Source of the DNA: Bellilinea caldifistulae
GTDB taxonomy: Bacteria; Chloroflexota; Anaerolineae; Anaerolineales; Anaerolineaceae
Direction: 5' to 3'
DNA length: 32,000 nt
Assembly (NCBI RefSeq): GCF_001306055.1
Contig: NZ_LGHJ01000017.1
Span: 210,001 to 242,000 of the forward strand
Position numbers and translations under genes: made by a program. The notes beneath the pieces were generated by a model. The model was given only the letters and a program-made list of their open reading frames with translations, searched no databases and was not told the DNA's origin. Below, in pieces: positions 30,075-32,000 of the stretch. The first letter of the stretch is position 1. Each line of letters starts with the position of its first letter.

Positions 30075-30556
30075 TTTTGTTTCTGGCGGTGGTACTGTAT
30101 TTCACGCTTGGACTGCGGGTGACGGCGGAGTTGACCCCACCGGCGGAGCGGCATGTGGACGCCCGCAGCAATGACCCGGCGGAGACCTACCGCAGGGTGA
30201 TGGGCGTGGCGGATGAGGTACACAGCCGCTGGTACGAGGGCAAACACCCTGATGAGGTGATTCACCTGCACCTGCCCAACCGTGCGGAGATGGCGAAGCA
30301 CGACACGGACGTGCGGATCAATTTTCGCTGGCTGGAACGGGACGCCGGGGATGTGGATGTGGTACTGCACTATGAGGGTGAACCCGCCGTTGACCGGCGA
30401 GTACGCTGGGACAGGGTGGAGCGCAGCGCAGACGGCAGTATCCGGCGTGCCGAATGGCGGCACAGAGTACCCCGAATGGGGCACAAAGAGGCGGGCTGTC
30501 TGCCGCTGCTGGTTGTGGCGGTGTTGGTGGTCGTGGTGGGAGTTGTTCTGTGGTGA
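30050..30556 (+). CDS. Membrane protein with N- and C-terminal TM segments
   Basis: The internal Met at 30050 gives MDGCILGLILFLAVVLYFTLGL... and the protein ends in CLPLLVVAVLVVVVGVVLW. The upstream part of ORF 29942-30556 is R/G-rich and overlaps the previous gene. Confidence 0.5.
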   Translation: MDGCILGLILFLAVVLYFTLGLRVTAELTPPAERHVDARSNDPAETYRRVMGVADEVHSRWYEGKHPDEVIHLHLPNRAEMAKHDTDVRINFRWLERDAGDVDVVLHYEGEPAVDRRVRWDRVERSADGSIRRAEWRHRVPRMGHKEAGCLPLLVVAVLVVVVGVVLW

Positions 30557-31469
30557 AGCGGATGACGGTTGTCGTGTTCCTGTTGCTGTGCGGGTGCGTG
30601 AGCGCACCGGCGCAGATTGTCCCGCCCGACCCGGCGGCGTTGCGGGCAACCGCCCAGGCTGCCGAGGCGTTAGCCGGGCAGGTGGAAGAACAGGCACGGG
30701 CAACCCAATCTGCCCAGGAGACCTACCTGCGGCAGACCGCCGAAGCGGTGAGCATCGAAGCCACCCGGCAGGCGGTCAGCGTGGAAGCCACCAAACAGGC
30801 GTTACTGGTCGCCGAGCAGACCTACCGGATGACGGCAACCGCCCATGCGGTGGAGCGGGAGGCGGAGCGGGAAGAGCAAGCCCGCCGTCAGGAGGGTGTG
30901 CTGCACCTGCTGGCGCTGGTCGTCCTGCTGCTGACCCTCTTATCCCTCGGCGGGGTGTTGGTGCTGCTGGTGTGGAAAGCGGGCAACGAGTGGATTGGCT
31001 GGCAGTCGCGGCGCAGGCAGTTGGTGGAGAGCCGGGCGGGGACGCTGCTGCTGGTGGCGGAGAACGGCCCGCCGGTGCGGGTGCAGGTCATTCAACCGGC
31101 GTTACCGGCGAGGCTGCCGGTGGTCGAGGACGAGGAGACCGAGACCGAGCCGATCCCGTACTCGGTGGACGGGGAACTGGTGGGCTTCATCCAGCGCAGG
31201 GGAGACCCGCAGCGGAGGCTGGTGTTGAGACTGCTGCGGGAGAGCATCCAGGCGGTTGGAGCGAGAAGCAGCCGCTTCCCGGCTGGCGGGAGTTGGGATG
31301 GAGTGCGGAAGTGTGGACGCAGGCGGTGCGACTGCTGTGGCGGTATGTCGAAACCCAGCCGGGCAAGGGTACATACCTGACGGGGGAGTACCCGACCTTG
31401 CAGGAGTTGTACTATGCGGTAGGAGAGAAGCGGGCAATCCTCTCCCCTGCCCCGCAGGAGGTTGATTGA
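30553..31469 (+). CDS. Signal-peptide or lipoprotein-like, coiled-coil, TM-containing protein, apparently interrupted by a -1 frame change near 31258-31265
   Basis: The start is GTG 30553 (GTGA overlap) or ATG 30562, giving (V)KRMTVVVFLLLCGCVSA. Frame A reads well to ...LRLLRESIQAVG, then degenerates. The frame of ORF 30282-31469 reads well only from EKQPLPGWRELGWSAEVWTQAVRLLWRYVETQPGKGTYL to the stop at 31469. Confidence 0.45.
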
Positions 31470-31478
31470 TTGTTCGGC

Positions 31479-31538
31479 GAACAGAACGGCGAACAGAACA
31501 GAACAGGATGGAACAGAGCAGAACAGGGCAGAACGATG
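31479..31538. repeat. Array of GAACAG/GAAC motifs, five of them phased exactly every 10 bp
   Basis: GAAC starts at 31479, 31484, 31491, 31496, 31501, 31511, 31521 and 31531. Those at 31491 through 31531 are 10 bp apart. The array lies immediately upstream of and overlapping the start of the 31536 gene. Confidence 0.5.
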
Positions 31539-31784
31539 GAACTGGATAACGAACTGGTCAAATTCAATCCGTACCGCTGCAAGGCGTTAGGCTTGACGGA
31601 AGTCGAGGCACGCTGTTTGAACTTCGTCCGCATTCACACACCGCTCACGGCACGGCTGAAGCAGAGTTTTCCGGTCGTGTACGAGAAGTTAGAACGGCGT
31701 GGGCTGATCGAGAACATCGGCGGCGAGTGGCGGCTGACCGAAGCCGGGCGGAGCAAGATACGGGTACTTTTGATGGGCAAATGA
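31536..31784 (+). CDS. Small winged-helix-like DNA-binding protein (82 aa)
   Basis: The internal Met at 31536 gives MELDNELVKFNPYRCKALGLTEVEARCLNFV...YEKLERRGLIENIGGEWRLTEAG, which is MarR/wHTH-like. The upstream part of the listed ORF is just the GAACAG repeat. Confidence 0.5.
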   Translation: MELDNELVKFNPYRCKALGLTEVEARCLNFVRIHTPLTARLKQSFPVVYEKLERRGLIENIGGEWRLTEAGRSKIRVLLMGK

Positions 31785-31787
31785 GCG

Positions 31788-32000
31788 ATGCGGCGGTTTG
31801 TGTTGATACGGGAGAGCGATCCCAGCGGCGTGAGCGGGACGGGTATCGTGGCGGAAGGGGTGGAGTTTTCGGATGGGATGGCGGTACTGCACTGGCGGCG
31901 AGAGCCGTATGGGTTGAATGTGTACCTACGGGTTGAAGATTTACTCGCCGTACATGGACACGGCGGGATGAGTTATATCCGGTGGATAGACGGAGATGGA
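31788..32000 (+). CDS. Hypothetical protein, N-terminal part (runs off the window)
   Basis: Absent from the ORF track because it has no stop in the window. My translation from ATG 31788 reads MRRFVLIRESDPSGVSGTGIVAEGVEFSDGMAVLHWRREPYGLNVYLRVEDLLAVHGHGGMSYIRWIDGDG. This is far more protein-like than the listed overlapping ORF 31727-31936. Confidence 0.45.
   Translation, partial: MRRFVLIRESDPSGVSGTGIVAEGVEFSDGMAVLHWRREPYGLNVYLRVEDLLAVHGHGGMSYIRWIDGDG

Larger units (their letters stand above)
27026..32000 (+). mobile_element. Phage-like module B (second prophage, satellite or tandem element), GC-richer and transcribed rightward. Right end is outside the window
   Basis: Excisionase-type HTH protein, a phage-style RNA plus tRNA, Pol X, SSB, small Zn-finger and membrane proteins with 4-nt coupled overlaps. 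The composition shift is visible as long R/G/P/A-rich spurious ORFs in all frames. Confidence 0.6.

Noticed and set aside
29867-31469. 278-aa minus-strand ORF (29867-30703) and the N-terminal 320 aa of plus-strand ORF 30282-31469
   Set aside because: They have extreme R/P/G/A/H composition and no RBS. They are antisense to, or out of frame with, better ORFs carrying TM segments and coupled starts. GC-driven artefacts, except for the last ~70 codons of 30282-31469.
1-32000. CRISPR arrays, rRNA genes, transposases or IS elements, and reverse transcriptase (retron or DGR) near the fibre-like gene
   Set aside because: No regularly spaced direct repeats with unique spacers were seen. No DDE or RT motifs appeared in any credible ORF, and there is no rRNA-like sequence.

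Overview
The window is almost entirely temperate-phage DNA, in two modules of visibly different composition. Module A (1 to about 26.96 kb, mostly minus strand, moderate GC) is a siphovirus-type prophage. Its late operon runs from the tape measure (cut by the window edge) through a frameshifted tail chaperone pair, major tail protein with Ig-like domain, head-tail joining genes, major capsid, ClpP-type prohead protease and portal to TerL/TerS/HNH. It continues with a lysis cassette, a displaced tail-fibre-like gene, a minimal Pol X-like nucleotidyltransferase, a ParB-like protein, a replisome organizer, many small early genes and an RHH/XRE immunity switch with a perfect consensus promoter. 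A low-GC accessory island follows (unknown 250 aa protein overlapping a PIN nuclease, plus a bacterial PH-domain protein). The module ends with a tyrosine integrase next to a tRNA 3'-end fragment (att) and a terminator. Module B (about 27.0-32 kb, plus strand, clearly GC-richer) opens with a tandem-HTH protein. A near-consensus promoter with a palindromic operator then drives an ORF-free, heavily structured RNA of about 690 nt that runs directly into tRNA-Met(CAU). Downstream are a Zn-finger protein, a second minimal Pol X, SSB and membrane or lipoprotein genes. The most interesting signals are these: (1) The large phage RNA has GOLLD/ROOL-like context, but I could not assign its class. (2) A partial homolog lies on the opposite strand in module A, sharing identical blocks and compensatory helix changes. 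(3) Several tRNA-like acceptor/T-arm minihelices lack D and anticodon arms. (4) The unknown+PIN+bPH island sits between repressor and integrase, a candidate defence or toxin system. No CRISPR array, rRNA or transposase was seen. All protein calls rest on motif-level reading of the supplied translations and on gene order, not on database searches.
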